A DNA stretch of 63,930 nucleotides, counting the filler, from Chiloscyllium plagiosum (taxonomy: Eukaryota), in NCBI RefSeq assembly GCF_004010195.1. It is 6 parts of one record of this genome, joined end to end, with 100 filler letters (N's around TTAATTAATTAA, not from the genome) between each part and the next. Parts side by side here need not be neighbours in the genome. Positions count along the whole stretch, not along the records: positions 15,820 to 38,835 come from NC_057717.1; 5 more parts are not named here. One strand, written 5' to 3'. Positions 25,291-37,232 of this stretch are shown here, piece by piece (position 1 is the stretch's first letter; each line of letters begins with the position of its first letter). Position numbers and translations under genes: made by a program. The notes below the pieces were generated by a model. It worked only from the letters and a program-made list of their open reading frames with translations. It was not told where the DNA came from and searched no databases.

Positions 25291-26607
25291 GGGTCCCTGG
25301 GGGCAGGAACTCCTGACACTCCTATTTTCATCAAGGTTCATACACGGCGTTGCCTTTACTTCCTTTTTCGCATCTGGACACTTTCTCTTAAAGTAACTGT
25401 TCTTTCCACAGAAATAACATCCAACCTGTGGGGATTTCCACTTTGATCCTTGTTCCTGTCTACCAGATCCCTTAACATCTCCTCCCCATCCCTTCTTTTA
25501 TTTTCACTATGTTGCCCGCCACCAGTCCGGCTTTAGTCTCCCGATTCAAATCCAAACATAGTCCTCCCAAGTATTCACAGTCAATTATTGCTCGATCACA
25601 ATGATATTGGTCGTGAAATAACCAGGGCTGCCTTACAAAGGGGCCCGCCCATTCAAGCTAAAGTTTCAAATCGAATAGCCAAATCCCCTTCAAGGCAAAA
25701 CCTGTCCTCCATAAATCGTTTCCATGTAAGGATAAAAGAGGTTAGTTAGAAACTGACAGTAAGGTAGTCATGTCCTGTAAAAAGAACAGGAGTTCACTTT
25801 TATTTCATAATCTGTAAAATCCTTAACCTTAAAAGATATCATGTTAAAATTTCCACAATAGAAATCAGATTCAAAACAGTCCCGGATCATAAACTCCAGG
25901 GAACAAAGCACAAACATTTAATCACCAGCAAACGAATGTACATTCAAAAGGGTCCCTGGGGGCAGGAACTCCTGACACTCCTATTTTCATCAAGGTTCAT
26001 ACACGGCATTGCCTTTACTTCCTTTTTCGCATCTGGACACTTTCTCTTAAAGTAACTGGTCTTTCCACAGAAATAACATCCAACCTGTGGGGATTTCCAC
26101 TTTGATCCTTGTTCCTGTCTACCAGATCCCTTAACATCTCCTCCCCATCCCTTCTTTTATTTTCACTATGTTGCCCCCCACCAGTCCGGCTTTAGTCTCC
26201 CGAATCAAATCCAAAAATAGTCCTCCCAAGTATTCACAGTCAATTATTGCTCGATCACAATGATATTTGTCGTGAAATAACCAGGGCTGCCTTACAAAGG
26301 GGCCCGCCCATCCAAGCCAAAGTTTCAACTCGAATAGCCAAATCCCCTTCAAGGCAGCCCCGTCCTCCATAAATCGTTTCCATGTAAGGATAAAAGAGGT
26401 TAGTTAGAAACTGACAGTAAGGTAGTCATGTCCTGTAAAAAGAACAGGAGTTCACTTTTATTTCATAATCTGTAAAATCCCTAACCTTAAAAGATATCAT
26501 GTTAAAATTTCCACAATAGAAATCAGATTCAAAACAGTCCAGGATCATAAACTCCAGGGAACAAAGCACAAACATTTAATCACCAGCAAACGAATGTACA
26601 TTCAAAA
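25291..26607. repeat. Tandem duplication, 2 x ~659 bp (25291-25949, 25950-26607)
   Basis: Both units start GGGTCCCTGGGGGCAGG and end GTACATTCAAAA; scattered substitutions between them. Confidence 0.95.
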
Positions 26608-26640
26608 CGAATCACAAAGCATTCTATTAGCTGTACAGCT

Positions 26641-26699
26641 TCTCTCTCTCTCTCTATCGCTCACACACACACACACTCACACACACACACACACACACA
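26641..26699. repeat. (CT)n/(CA)n microsatellite
   Basis: Directly visible. Confidence 0.95.
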
Positions 26700-27979
26700 T
26701 CATGTCTCACAGTCACTTTGAGTTTCCCGCAACAACTCCTCCAGCTTGTGAACATTTTTTCTGGACGTCTTTTTCTTTGTAGTACTCTTGGCGACCTGTC
26801 TATAAACGGCTGATCTCCTTCATGTAAAGGAATAACCTGTATGTCGGCTCTTGTTCTGGGTCTAATATTCTACTTCTCGCGTGTCTAGGGGCTCTCCCTT
26901 CCACATAAATGCAAATGGGTTCAAACAGGTGTCTGTTGTTAACACCAGGTCGTCTCTCTCCATAAGGATGATTTCATATCTTAGAATTCTTGAGTCTGTT
27001 CCCATCCTTCTAATTTTTTGTCGTTTCTTTTATATGTCTGGCCACGATTTAGTTTCAAACCGGACCTTTAAGAGTCTCCGCCTAAACATACCTCTTTCCT
27101 TTCCTGAGAATAACGTTCCTAAAATTGCCATCATTTCTCTCCCTGTATATAACTTAGGTTCTAGAAATTGATCTAACTGCTCAGCCAGTCCCGCCAGATC
27201 CTCTATCGAACTTTTCATCTCTTTCTTAAAAGTTCTTACTTCACAACTAATTCGTGGAGTGTTAACATATTCCATTTTACCGTCACCTACAGAGACTTCC
27301 CTCGAAGGAACTAATTGGGCAGTGGTCTTATCACTGCCCTACTCTTTCTGTTTCACCATTGATCACATTTGCCTCAAACTTACTTCCAAACCCTCCTTAT
27401 TTCCCTCCAAGTTCTTCAGGGAAACAATTTTCTTTTCTCTTCGGAAATTCGGGCACTCTCGTTTGAAATGCCCCATTTTACCGCAATAATAGCATCCTGC
27501 CTGTTGCCTCCTTTTCCTAATGGCTGGCTCTTGTTGTCCGTACTTCCCCCCTTTCATCCTGTCATTCTCATTTTTCTGCCGTCTCTTTGTTATCTCTTCT
27601 ACTGCCGCTACCAGGATAGAGATTTTTGAACTTCCCACCCAACAGGCCGCATAATCAGACTTCCCCTGGCCTTGATTTTGTTTTCTATGAACATATATAT
27701 TTAAGTCTTGACACAGCCACTTTTCATCAGACCCGTATTTGGGCCAAAATTAATTTGGTAACTTTATACTCTTACGTGTCTAAACAAAACAACAATAATT
27801 TATCATCACATTTCTATCCTTTCCCCGTGTCTGGGAATTATTTTCCCAATTTATCAACATACTCCCCAGGGGAGTTTCTGGAGGTATATACTCGAGTTCA
27901 GCACTTTTGATTGATCGATCCTTAGTCAGGCAACTTCCTTTCCCTCCCATTTCTACTAATTTAAAATTGATCTTTTAGA

Positions 27980-28232
27980 GGTCTAGTGTCACCTTCTTCC
28001 ACACCCACTTTAGGGTGGGGGTGGGGGTTGCCGTCTTAACAATCAGTCTAAGGCTGGGTGCTCGAATCAGGTAGACACCTTACTCGTCCGATCAACTTGC
28101 TCAATTGGTCTAGTGTCACCTTCTTCCACACCCACTTTAGGGTGGGGGTGGGGTTGCCGTCTTAACAATCAGTCTAAGGCTGGGTGCTCGAATCAGGTAG
28201 ACACCTTACTCGTCCGATCAACTTGCTCAATT
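27980..28232. repeat. Tandem duplication, 2 x ~127 bp, in the provirus B leader
   Basis: GGTCTAGTGTCACC...TGCTCAATT at 27980-28106 and 28107-28232. Confidence 0.95.
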
Positions 28233-28680
28233 ATTCACTCTTAATTTTACTTTGCCAATTCCCGACCACTTAAGTGCGTCCCCGACCACTTAAAGTAGTC
28301 CTTGACCACGAAGGTAGTACTTAAAGGACTCTTTTCTTACCGTTGGTCTGTGCATAGAGTTACCTGGTCGTGCCGCTCTGGCCCTCAGCCTCAAAGGTCG
28401 CTGGAAACCCTCCACCTTAAAGGTTGCTGGAAACCTCGTAGTCGCCTGGATACGTCTTCGTTTCAGCCCTTAAGACTTTTTAAGACCCGGAACTTGTGCA
28501 CACAAGAGTCACCCGACAGAAACAGCCACGTCTCCCTTCTCGTCTTGTTTCCAGGGTCTCTGCGTCCAGATCACGCTCGCCCAAAGCCGCCGCGGCAACG
28601 AGGGGAAACTAGAGATCGTCGAAATCGGCGAGGTGCACCTTCTCTTTCCCTCCAAGAAGGTCGAGCGACTGGAGCTTGGG

Positions 28681-28698
28681 ATCCCGGACGAGCCCCCA
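28681..28698 (-). promoter_or_regulatory. Primer binding site, tRNA-Pro (provirus B)
   Basis: Minus strand TGGGGGCTCGTCCGGGAT, the canonical 18-nt tRNA-Pro PBS, 4 nt inside the LTR end. Confidence 0.96.
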
Positions 28699-28702
28699 AA
28701 TC

Positions 28703-29253
28703 TGTGAGAAACACAATTATCAAAATTAACTGAGACCACCAAAAAGTCTGGAAACAAGACAATTTATTTACGAATTTGCAAGTATGGGCTGCATAAGCTT
28801 TGCCAAGCAAATGAGCTTGTCAAGCGAATGAGCAAATTAGCATTTGGATACATGTACAATTATACCTTTGAGCTGCATGAGGTCACTTGTCCCACCCCCG
28901 TAACATCCAATCATCATTTACCTGTCGCTACGTGACTTCCCTTTTATCTAAATTAAACTTGATTTCTATTTTCTTGGGCATACGATATACGTCTTTGACC
29001 ATCTTGCAAAAGCCCCTATCACATGTTACGTTTGTAGTTTCACCTTGTTCCTCTTTTCCCACAGAATTTGGGGTCGCTACACTTACCACATACTTGCAAC
29101 CGTCTCTATGCCTGGGCTTATCGTTCCTCTTTTCCCACGGCACATATTCTTATATGTCTAGTAGCTTAATAATTGAGCTTTAATTATGGCAATACTTAGC
29201 TTGCCAGCACTATTAATTTTCTGCAAAAGAATCAAACTTTTCTATTTCTCACA
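28703..29253 (-). repeat. 5' LTR of provirus B (551 bp)
   Basis: Inverted termini TGTGAGAAA...TTTCTCACA; minus-strand TATA-like (GGTATAA, ~28860) and AATAAA (~28765). Confidence 0.92.
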
Positions 29254-29257
29254 CAGG

Positions 29258-29917
29258 TGTTAAAAACAAATTTCAATAAAATTTAGACGAGACCACCAAA
29301 GCTGGAAACAAGACAATTTATTCTACGATATTGCAAGAAAGGACCCCAATTGCAGAGAGCAATTGAAGTAAAGAAAAATTCAAATTACTACAACAGTTAT
29401 ACCTTTGAGTTGCGTGAGGTCATCTCTCCCGACTCCTAAGTTACCCAATCTTTCTAATTAATTTTGCCTCTGTCCATCTATGCTCCGTGCCCATTGCCCC
29501 CTTCTTTCCAAGTTGGCAATTTTCCGCTCTGTAAATGCTGACACAAGGCTAAACTTGTATCTTGATGTTCCTTTTTCACTTGTCCATTATCCATAGGGAC
29601 ATCAAGATCTGTTCTAACATTTTGTATCACTTCTGCTGGCACATTCCATCCTCGGACATTTCATTAACTTGTATCGTTTTGTATAGACTTAGCATTTCGG
29701 TTATCTCAGGATTTTGCTGAAAACATAATTTTTAAACAGAACTTATTGAACTTATTTGAAACCTTCAATAATTACACACCAAAGTTAATATTTAATTCAC
29801 CATCATTATAGATTATTTCCCTCAATACCTACAGAGTTAATAATTTCTTTGCTGTACCCCTTTTCTGTATGTATTTTTCTATATCTGCAAAAACAACACT
29901 TTTCCCCATTTCTAACA
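29258..29917 (-). repeat. 3' LTR of provirus C (660 bp)
   Basis: TG...CA termini; preceded on the minus strand by the PPT AAAAGAAAAGAAATGGGG. Confidence 0.92.
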
Positions 29918-30109
29918 AGTACCCCATTTCTTTTCTTTTACCATTTGTTGTTTTTGCAATTTTTATTTTCGGCCCTATTTTATCCCTAGCGTGTAGAGGT
30001 TCACAATCTCGTCATTTCTGCCCTTCTAAGTCTGTCTTTTCTCCAGGAGTAATCTACCACACTCTCTTTCTTGTGCTAGAGCTATGGTCATGACCATCAT
30101 TGATTGTTG

Positions 30110-31455
30110 TACTCCCAAAGACATTACCAGCTTAGTCATTATCCATTTTAACACATTAAATCCTATCAGTAAACCTACAATTATTAGTAATACATGAATA
30201 CCTAAATTAGCTAACTATTAGCTAAATTAGCTAACTGACCGGTTAGCTGACCCCAACAGGTCAGTCTCCAGTCACCCCATTCCCATCTTTCATCTTTTCA
30301 GAGTTCATCCGCAATTTCTCTTCTGTTGCTTATCTTTTTCTTTACTATCTCTGCCTTTTCTTCCGCTATGGAAGAGGTGTCTGGGATGAAGGTGCAGCAT
30401 TACTTATCAATCAGCGCACAGGTTCCCCCTTTTTCGGCCAAGAGATAGTCTAAAGCCATTCGATTCTGTAAAGCTGTTCGTCTTGTTGCGATCATTTCAG
30501 TGGCTATGGCTGATATCTGAGATTGAGTTTCCCCCATTGTGCCGGTGGTACCATTAATTAAATTTTCAAGAGCAGCCGCCAGTTTCTGTATTTCCACCCC
30601 TGCCCTTGTAGTGCCATAGTTTGGGAGTAGTGTCCACAGCAAACGGTCTCCTTCAGGGACTTCTCGGATCTTACACCTTATTCCCCTCTCCTTTCTCAGG
30701 TTGGGCACATGTTTTCTATTCAGAGGTGAGGGACTATATAAGCAAGGTAACAGCAACCACTCCAGCCTTTCTTGTTTTGAGGCAACGCTTCATCAATTTC
30801 ATAACATGCATTTATTTCCACACATTCGGTCACACGAACGTATTTTTCCCCGGGAATAAATAGATAGGCCTTCAGACCACATACCGAATCTGTCCCGTTC
30901 AATACTTGGGGAGTATTCGTGGCAGTGGCTTGGTTGGTGTCGACCCAAGATGATTTTCCTAATTGGAAGGGTGTGGTATCATTTTGATTACAGAAACAGG
31001 TTGTATTCATCCGCTCCTTTCAGTGTGGAAATTCTGAAGCTATTGATAACACCCTGAGTTTTTGGGGCTGGTCTTGGGAACGATCCCGCGAACTTATAGG
31101 TGCTCCTTTTAGATTCCCACTTTGTACTTTTTGACCCCGAGACAAATTGTTGTACATCGTACAATTCCTCTTTAGTGAATGGTATTACCAAGGTGGGGAT
31201 TCCTGATTCACCATGGTGTGGAATTTCTGCACAGACCCAACAGTCGGCAAGTCCCTCTTGTTTGGCATAATTTTGGCATAGAGGAGTAAAGTGGTTTTTC
31301 CTGTTTCCTTGAACAGATAGTACTACTAACGTTATAATACTATACCAGTACCCACCCATCTCTGAACCCTTCCTATCACCCTCTCTTAATCTTTTAGGCA
31401 CCAGGGAGAGGTGAGTCCACGCAACCCTTAAAATTAATACAATATATACCATCAA
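30110..31455 (-). pseudogene. env: env of provirus C (gamma-type), frameshifted
   Basis: CWVC (CXXC), WSGCCYLAYIVP, basic cleavage site RCKIR, immunosuppressive domain LQNRMALDYLLAEKGGT, CX6CC (hit by a stop here; intact as CALIGKKCC in the copy), hydrophobic TM anchor. Confidence 0.92.
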
Positions 31456-31479
31456 ACATGAAAAGAGTCTTTTATCTTA

Positions 31480-34400
31480 GTTCATTCCCTCTTTCTCATC
31501 TTAACTTTCAGAGGGTTTTCTGTAGGATGAGCGTGCCACTCCGCCAATGGGGCGTTCACAGGACTTTTGACGCGAGTGTGATAACTCCACCCTTTCTCAG
31601 CAGTTCGCATGGCTGTCTCAGTAGTCAGGAGGGTTAGGAATGGTCACTCCCAGTTCGGGTGTAGTTTGGTATCTTTCCAGGTCTTGATCAGGACCCAATC
31701 ACCTGGTCGTATCCGATGTGCTGCAAACTCGAGTGGCGGTGTCGGCACCAGCAGGCCTTTGTTGCTAAGATAAGATAATGAAGAGCCAAGTGCCACACAC
31801 AGTTTTTCATAAACTTGTCATTAAACTCAGCTGTAGGCACCTCTCCTTTCCCTCCTAGAAATCGTAGTCCAAACAGCATTTCATAAGGAGAAAGCCCGAT
31901 ATCATGTCTTGGGGCAGTCCGAACACGTAATAGCACAATAGGCAAACATTTGGTCCATGGTAATCGAATTTCTAGGACTAGCTTGGATAATTGTTTCTTT
32001 AAGGTCTGATTCATTCGTTCTACCCGTCCAGAGGAAGGTGGGTGCCAAGGGGTGTGAAATTCCCAAGAGATCTCTAATCTTGCCATTACTTCTTGGAGAA
32101 TCTTGCGAGTAAAATGGCTACCTTGATCTGAATCTATACTTTCCACTATTTCATATCGTGGGATGGTATGTTCAAGGAAGGTTTTTACCACTCCTTTTGA
32201 GGTGGCTGGTGAAATTGGGAAAACCTCCACAAACCCGGTTAAGTGGTCTACTAAAGCCAGCAGATACTTCTGTTTTCCCACTGGGGGTAATTTGGTGTAA
32301 TCCACCTGTATACTTTGGAAAGGTCTCACTCCTGGGTTCCTTCCTCATTTGAGCCCTTCCTTTATTATTTTCTTATTGATATTTTGACAAGTTATGCATC
32401 CTGCACATATCTGTTTTGCCAAAGTATATATTCCCTTACATCCATATTTCCTCAATAATCCGTCACATATGGCTTGTGAGCCTCAGTGGCTGCCTTGGTG
32501 TAAGGAGGCCAAAATATTTATCATGACTGATTTACTCAGCAATTCCCTCCCATCAGGGAGAATCCATTTCCCTTCATTTGTCTTAGTGGCCCCTATTTCT
32601 TGGAACTCTTTCTCCTCCTCTTCCGTGTATACGGGGTTCACGGCAGAAGATTCAATTAGGGGTATTAGAACCTGTATCCTTGTTACTGGACGGTTCATAG
32701 CTGCCTGTTTGGCTATTTCGTCTGCTAGTCTGTTTCCCTTTGCTTCTACAGTACTCCCCTTCTGATGTCCAGGTATATGGACTATAGCTATTTCTCGGAG
32801 TAATTCCATCTTTTTAATACTTGTCCTATTAATTCTTCATGTACTAATCCCTTTCCCCGACTATTGATTAGTTCTCGTTCTTGCCATATCTTTCCAAAGG
32901 CATGGACTACTCCGTAAGCATATTTAGAGTCAGTGTAAATTGTTCCATCCTGATTCGTTAAGTGTTTTAAAGCTTGATTTAATGCGTACAATTCACAGGT
33001 TTGGGCTAATCATGTGTTAGGCAGCCTGTCTGCCTCCACTGTTTGGTTTTTGTTACCGTCCACTACTGCATATCCATTGTGTCTTTTCCCTTCCACTACG
33101 CTCGATGATCCATCTATAAACAATTTATCCCTGTCATGTAAAGGTAGATCTCTCAGGTCCTGTCTAATTTTGGTTTGATACTCTATGATATCTAAACAGT
33201 AATGTTCGAATTCTCGTTTGTCTAGGGGTTCTCCCTTCCATAAGAAGGTAGCTGGGTTTAGACAGGTGTCTGTTGCTAACACCAGGTCATCTTTTTCCAT
33301 CAGGATGTCCTCATATTTAAAAATTCGCGAATCTGTTAACCATCTCCCTGCCTTTTGGTTTCACACATTTCAGACTTGATGGCGGGTAATAACTACTACG
33401 CTCCTCCAAAAGTGAGTTTCCGGCTTTTTTCTACCAATATGGCAGTTGCTGCAACTGCCTACAGACATTCAAGCTATCCCCTTGAAACAGGGTCCAGGAT
33501 TTTGGACAGGAAGGCTATGGGCTGTTTCTTCCCTCCCCCTTTCTGGGTTAACACTCCTAAAGCTGGTCCAAAGATTACTGTCAGAAAAAGGTGAAATAGT
33601 TTCTCTAGGGAAGGAAGCACGAATACTGGAGCTTGTGTTAAACTACTCTTCAATTCAAGTAACCCTTCCTTTTCCTGTTCTGTCCAGTACATTTTTTCGT
33701 GTTCTGTTTCTGTCAGTTTGTAATATAACCCTTTCGTTTTCTGGGCATAGGCTTCTATCCATAATCTGCAATAACCCATCAGCCCCAGGAACTTTCGTAA
33801 TTCTCGTTTGGTGTTCGGGAGGCGCAGTTCTACTATCCCTTGAATTCTTTCGGGGTTAATACGTCTAATTCCCTCACTAATAAGGTGTTCTAAGTATTTT
33901 ACTTCTTTTTCTAAATGTTGCAATTTATTTTTGGATACCCTTAAATCCTATTGCTCTACGAAATTCGATAATCCATTGGTGGCTGAACTTACATCGTTTG
34001 TCTTTTGTCCTGACACTAGGATATCATCCACATATTGTAACAGTGACGTTTCCCAAAGCATTTTATATTGTTCCAGGACTTCTTCTAGTACTTGCCCGAA
34101 TAAGTTAGGTGATTCTGTGAATCCCTGGGGAAGTACTGCCCATCGGAATTGTAGTTTCCTGCCAGTGTATGGATTTTCCCATTCAAAAGCGAACATGTCG
34201 CGGCTCTGTGGAGGTAAGGGACAAGCCCAGAATGCATCCTTTAAATCTATTCCACTAAACCAGCGGTGGTTACACGGTATTCTACTAAAAATATGGGTTG
34301 GGCACCACTGGGTACCATGTCCGGACTAGTCGGTTCACTGATCTGAGATCTTGTGCCAGCCTGTAAGTCCCATCTGGCTTCCGGACCGGTAGTATTCGGG

Positions 34401-34996
34401 CATTTAGGGAGACATGCATGGTTCCAGTAGTCCTTCTTTTACTAGACAATCTATTGCTGATTGTAAACCCTTGAGCCCCTCTAATGAAACCGGATATTGT
34501 TTAAGCCTGAATGCTTTATTCTCTTGGGGCAGTATAATTACGTTGGGATTGACGTTTAAACCACCCATGTTGCCGGGTCTCAGCCACACGTTAGGATTTA
34601 TCTGTTCTTCATCAATACCTGTTAGTTTATTTATTTATTTATTGTCACAGTTATTGAACTATTCTCTACTCCAATCTTTAAGTTTAACAAAATTATTAAA
34701 TCTCTACCCAAATGAGTGCTTCCAACATCAGGAATATATAATAGTTGTCCCGTCACTTCTTCATTATTTCCCTTTATCAGGGTCGGCTCGAAAATGGGTA
34801 CTAAGAATCCTTCGCCCTTTACTCCAGAAACTCTGAGACTTTTATTAGTTAATTTAACACCGCTCGGTCTAAAACTTAGAGATGACCATGCCGCTCCTGT
34901 ATCCACCAAAAACACTGCCTCCTCCCTTTCAGGTCCCACTTTCAAATTTATCAAGAGTTCCCGGTGGGTCTTGGGAGGAAGGAACACTTGACTCCC
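31480..34996 (-). pseudogene. pol: pro-pol of provirus C (protease, RT, RNase H, integrase), disrupted
   Basis: FLVDTGA (protease); LPQGFTESP and QYVDD (RT); FIDGSS, IYTDSKYA, GNRLAD (RNase H); IQVDYT, IDSDQGSHF, SSGRVERMN (integrase D,D35E). Confidence 0.96.
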
Positions 34997-36160
34997 CTAT
35001 TCTTCATCAAAAGTCATCAATGAAATAGCTTCTCTTTTTTGTCCTAACTTTGCACATTCCCTTCTAAAATGTCCTGTTTTCCGCAGTAATAATATCCTGC
35101 CTGTTGCCTTCTCCACTTACTATCCATTGCTTTTCTTTCTTGTCCTAATTTTCTATTCGTAATTTCCTCCACCGCTACAACCATTATCCTAACTTTCTGT
35201 TTTTGCTTTTCGTCTTCTCTTTTCACATATACTTTCTGTGCTTCATGCAACAATTCTTCCATCTGTTTTTCACTCCATCCCTCGAATTTCTGTATTTTTT
35301 TTTACGTGTCTGGCCACAAGGCAGCTCTTCTAAACATACCCCTTTCTTCTCCTGAAAATAATGTCCCCAGAATGCTAATCAATTCAGCCCATGTATATAA
35401 ATTCGGCCCCAAGAACTGATCCAACTGTTCTGCCACTCCTGTGGGGTCCTCAATTAAACTTTTCATTTCCTTTTTAAAAGATCTGACTTCGCTGCTAGTC
35501 AGTGCTGCATTGACATATCCAATTTTCACCATTACATATGGGTACTTCTCTAAGGGGCTATATTGGTGCCGTTGCCCCACATATGTCCCCCTTTTCCCTC
35601 TTTTTCATTGCTGATCTAGTTTTAATCGGACTCAGGGGTGTTTTTCCCCTGGACCATTTTCACATTCTTTCACTGGGAGTAATTTCGACCAGGAGCTGTG
35701 GAAGAGGAGAAAGATGTCAACGGACCATTATTGTCATTGTTGTAAGATGGGGGTGGGGTGGGGGTTAGATTTGGCAAAGGATCCCAACGGGAAATTTTTG
35801 ATTCCTCATCATCTTTTTCTGAATTTTTCAAAACAAAGATTCTCGGACTCCCTATCCAACAAGCGGCATAGTCAAATTCTTTACGGGAGTACCCTTTTTT
35901 ATTTTCATAGATATTTAAATCTTGACATAGCCAATCTTCGTCTGAACTATATTTAGACCAAAATATACTTGGGGTTTTAATGCTTTCCTTTGTCCAGACA
36001 AAACAACAAAACTTTATCATTTTTTTTCATCCTTTCCTCGCATCCGTGGGTTATACTTGTCTCATAACATTTTTCCTAAAAGGCTGTCCATTGGAATGCG
36101 GTCCACGGACATCCCTTTAGTTTCTTCTTCTACACTTAAATCACTATTATCATTTCCCAT
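34997..36160 (-). pseudogene. gag: gag of provirus C, disrupted, central capsid deleted
   Basis: MGN start at 36160; HERV-I-like matrix MIKFCCFVW...FWSKYSSDEDWLCQ; PPSY late domain; EVRSFKKEMKSLIEDP capsid N-terminus; degenerate knuckle YYCGK; TAG at 34999-34997 in frame with protease. Confidence 0.9.
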
Positions 36161-37232
36161 TTCAATACTCGGTCGTTTCTTTATATAACTTAATTAAACT
36201 TTATGAGGTTCGGTGTCACCTTCTTCAGCACCCACATTAGAATTCTGACCTTCGCGTGGGGGATTTTCACTCTGAACAACTTGTCTAAGGCTGGGTGGCC
36301 GAATCAGGTAGACACCTCACTCATCAGATTAATTTAGCCAATTAACTACCTTAATTTATGTGTTGCCAATTCACCGTACTTCTCTTACGTACCTGACCAC
36401 CAAGGTAATACTTGAAGGTCCATTTTCATACCTTGGTCTGTGCATAAGAGTTACCTGGTCGAATGCGCCTCGTCCCGCGGCAATAGCTGCATCAACCATC
36501 CCATTGCTTACCCAGACAACAATCGCTACCTATCCCGGCTGCCCGGATACCCAGGTCTTGTATACACAAGGGTTGTCCTGACCAATGCTGTGGCGTGTCA
36601 GTGGGGTTTTAATGCTTTCCTTTTTCCAGACAAAACATCAAAACTTTATCATTTGTTTTTCATCCTTTCCTCGCATCCGAGGGTTATACTTGTCTCATAA
36701 CATTTTTCCTAAAAGGCTGTCCATTGGAATGCGGTCCACGGACATCCCTTTAGTTTCTTCTTCTACACTTAAATCACTATTATTATTTCCCATTTCAATA
36801 CTCGGTCGTTTCTTTATATAACTTTAACCTTTATGAGGTTCGGTGTCACCTTCTTCAGCACCCACTTTAGAATTCTGACCTTCGCGTGGGGGATTTTCAC
36901 TCTAAACAACTGGTCTTAGGCTGGGTGGCCGAATCAGGTAGACACCTCACTCATCAGATTAATTTAGCCAATTAACCAGCTTAATTTATGTGTTGCCAAT
37001 TCACCGTACTTCTCTTACGTACCTGACCACCAAGGAAATACTTGAAGGTCCATTTTCATACCTTGGTCTGTGCATAAGAGTTACCTGGTCGAATGCGCCT
37101 CGTCCCGCGGCAATAGCTGGCATCAACCATCCCATTGCTTACCCAGACAACAATCGCTACCTATCCCGGCTGCCCAGATACCCAGGTCTTGTATACACAA
37201 GGGTTGTCCTGACCAATGCTGTGGCGTGTCAG
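35970..37232. repeat. Tandem duplication, 2 x ~631 bp, spanning leader and gag start of provirus C
   Basis: Units 35970-36601 and 36602-37232; twin ORFs at 36360 and 36990. Confidence 0.95.

Larger units (their letters stand above)
22574..29253 (-). mobile_element. Provirus B: defective, internally rearranged class I (HERV-I/HERVIP-like) endogenous retrovirus
   Basis: 5' LTR 28703-29253, perfect tRNA-Pro PBS, gag start MGGKGS at 27950, CCHC knuckle, pol fragments, integrase C-terminus (24196-24500), env. The 3' end is lost in gap 22073-22572. Confidence 0.92.
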
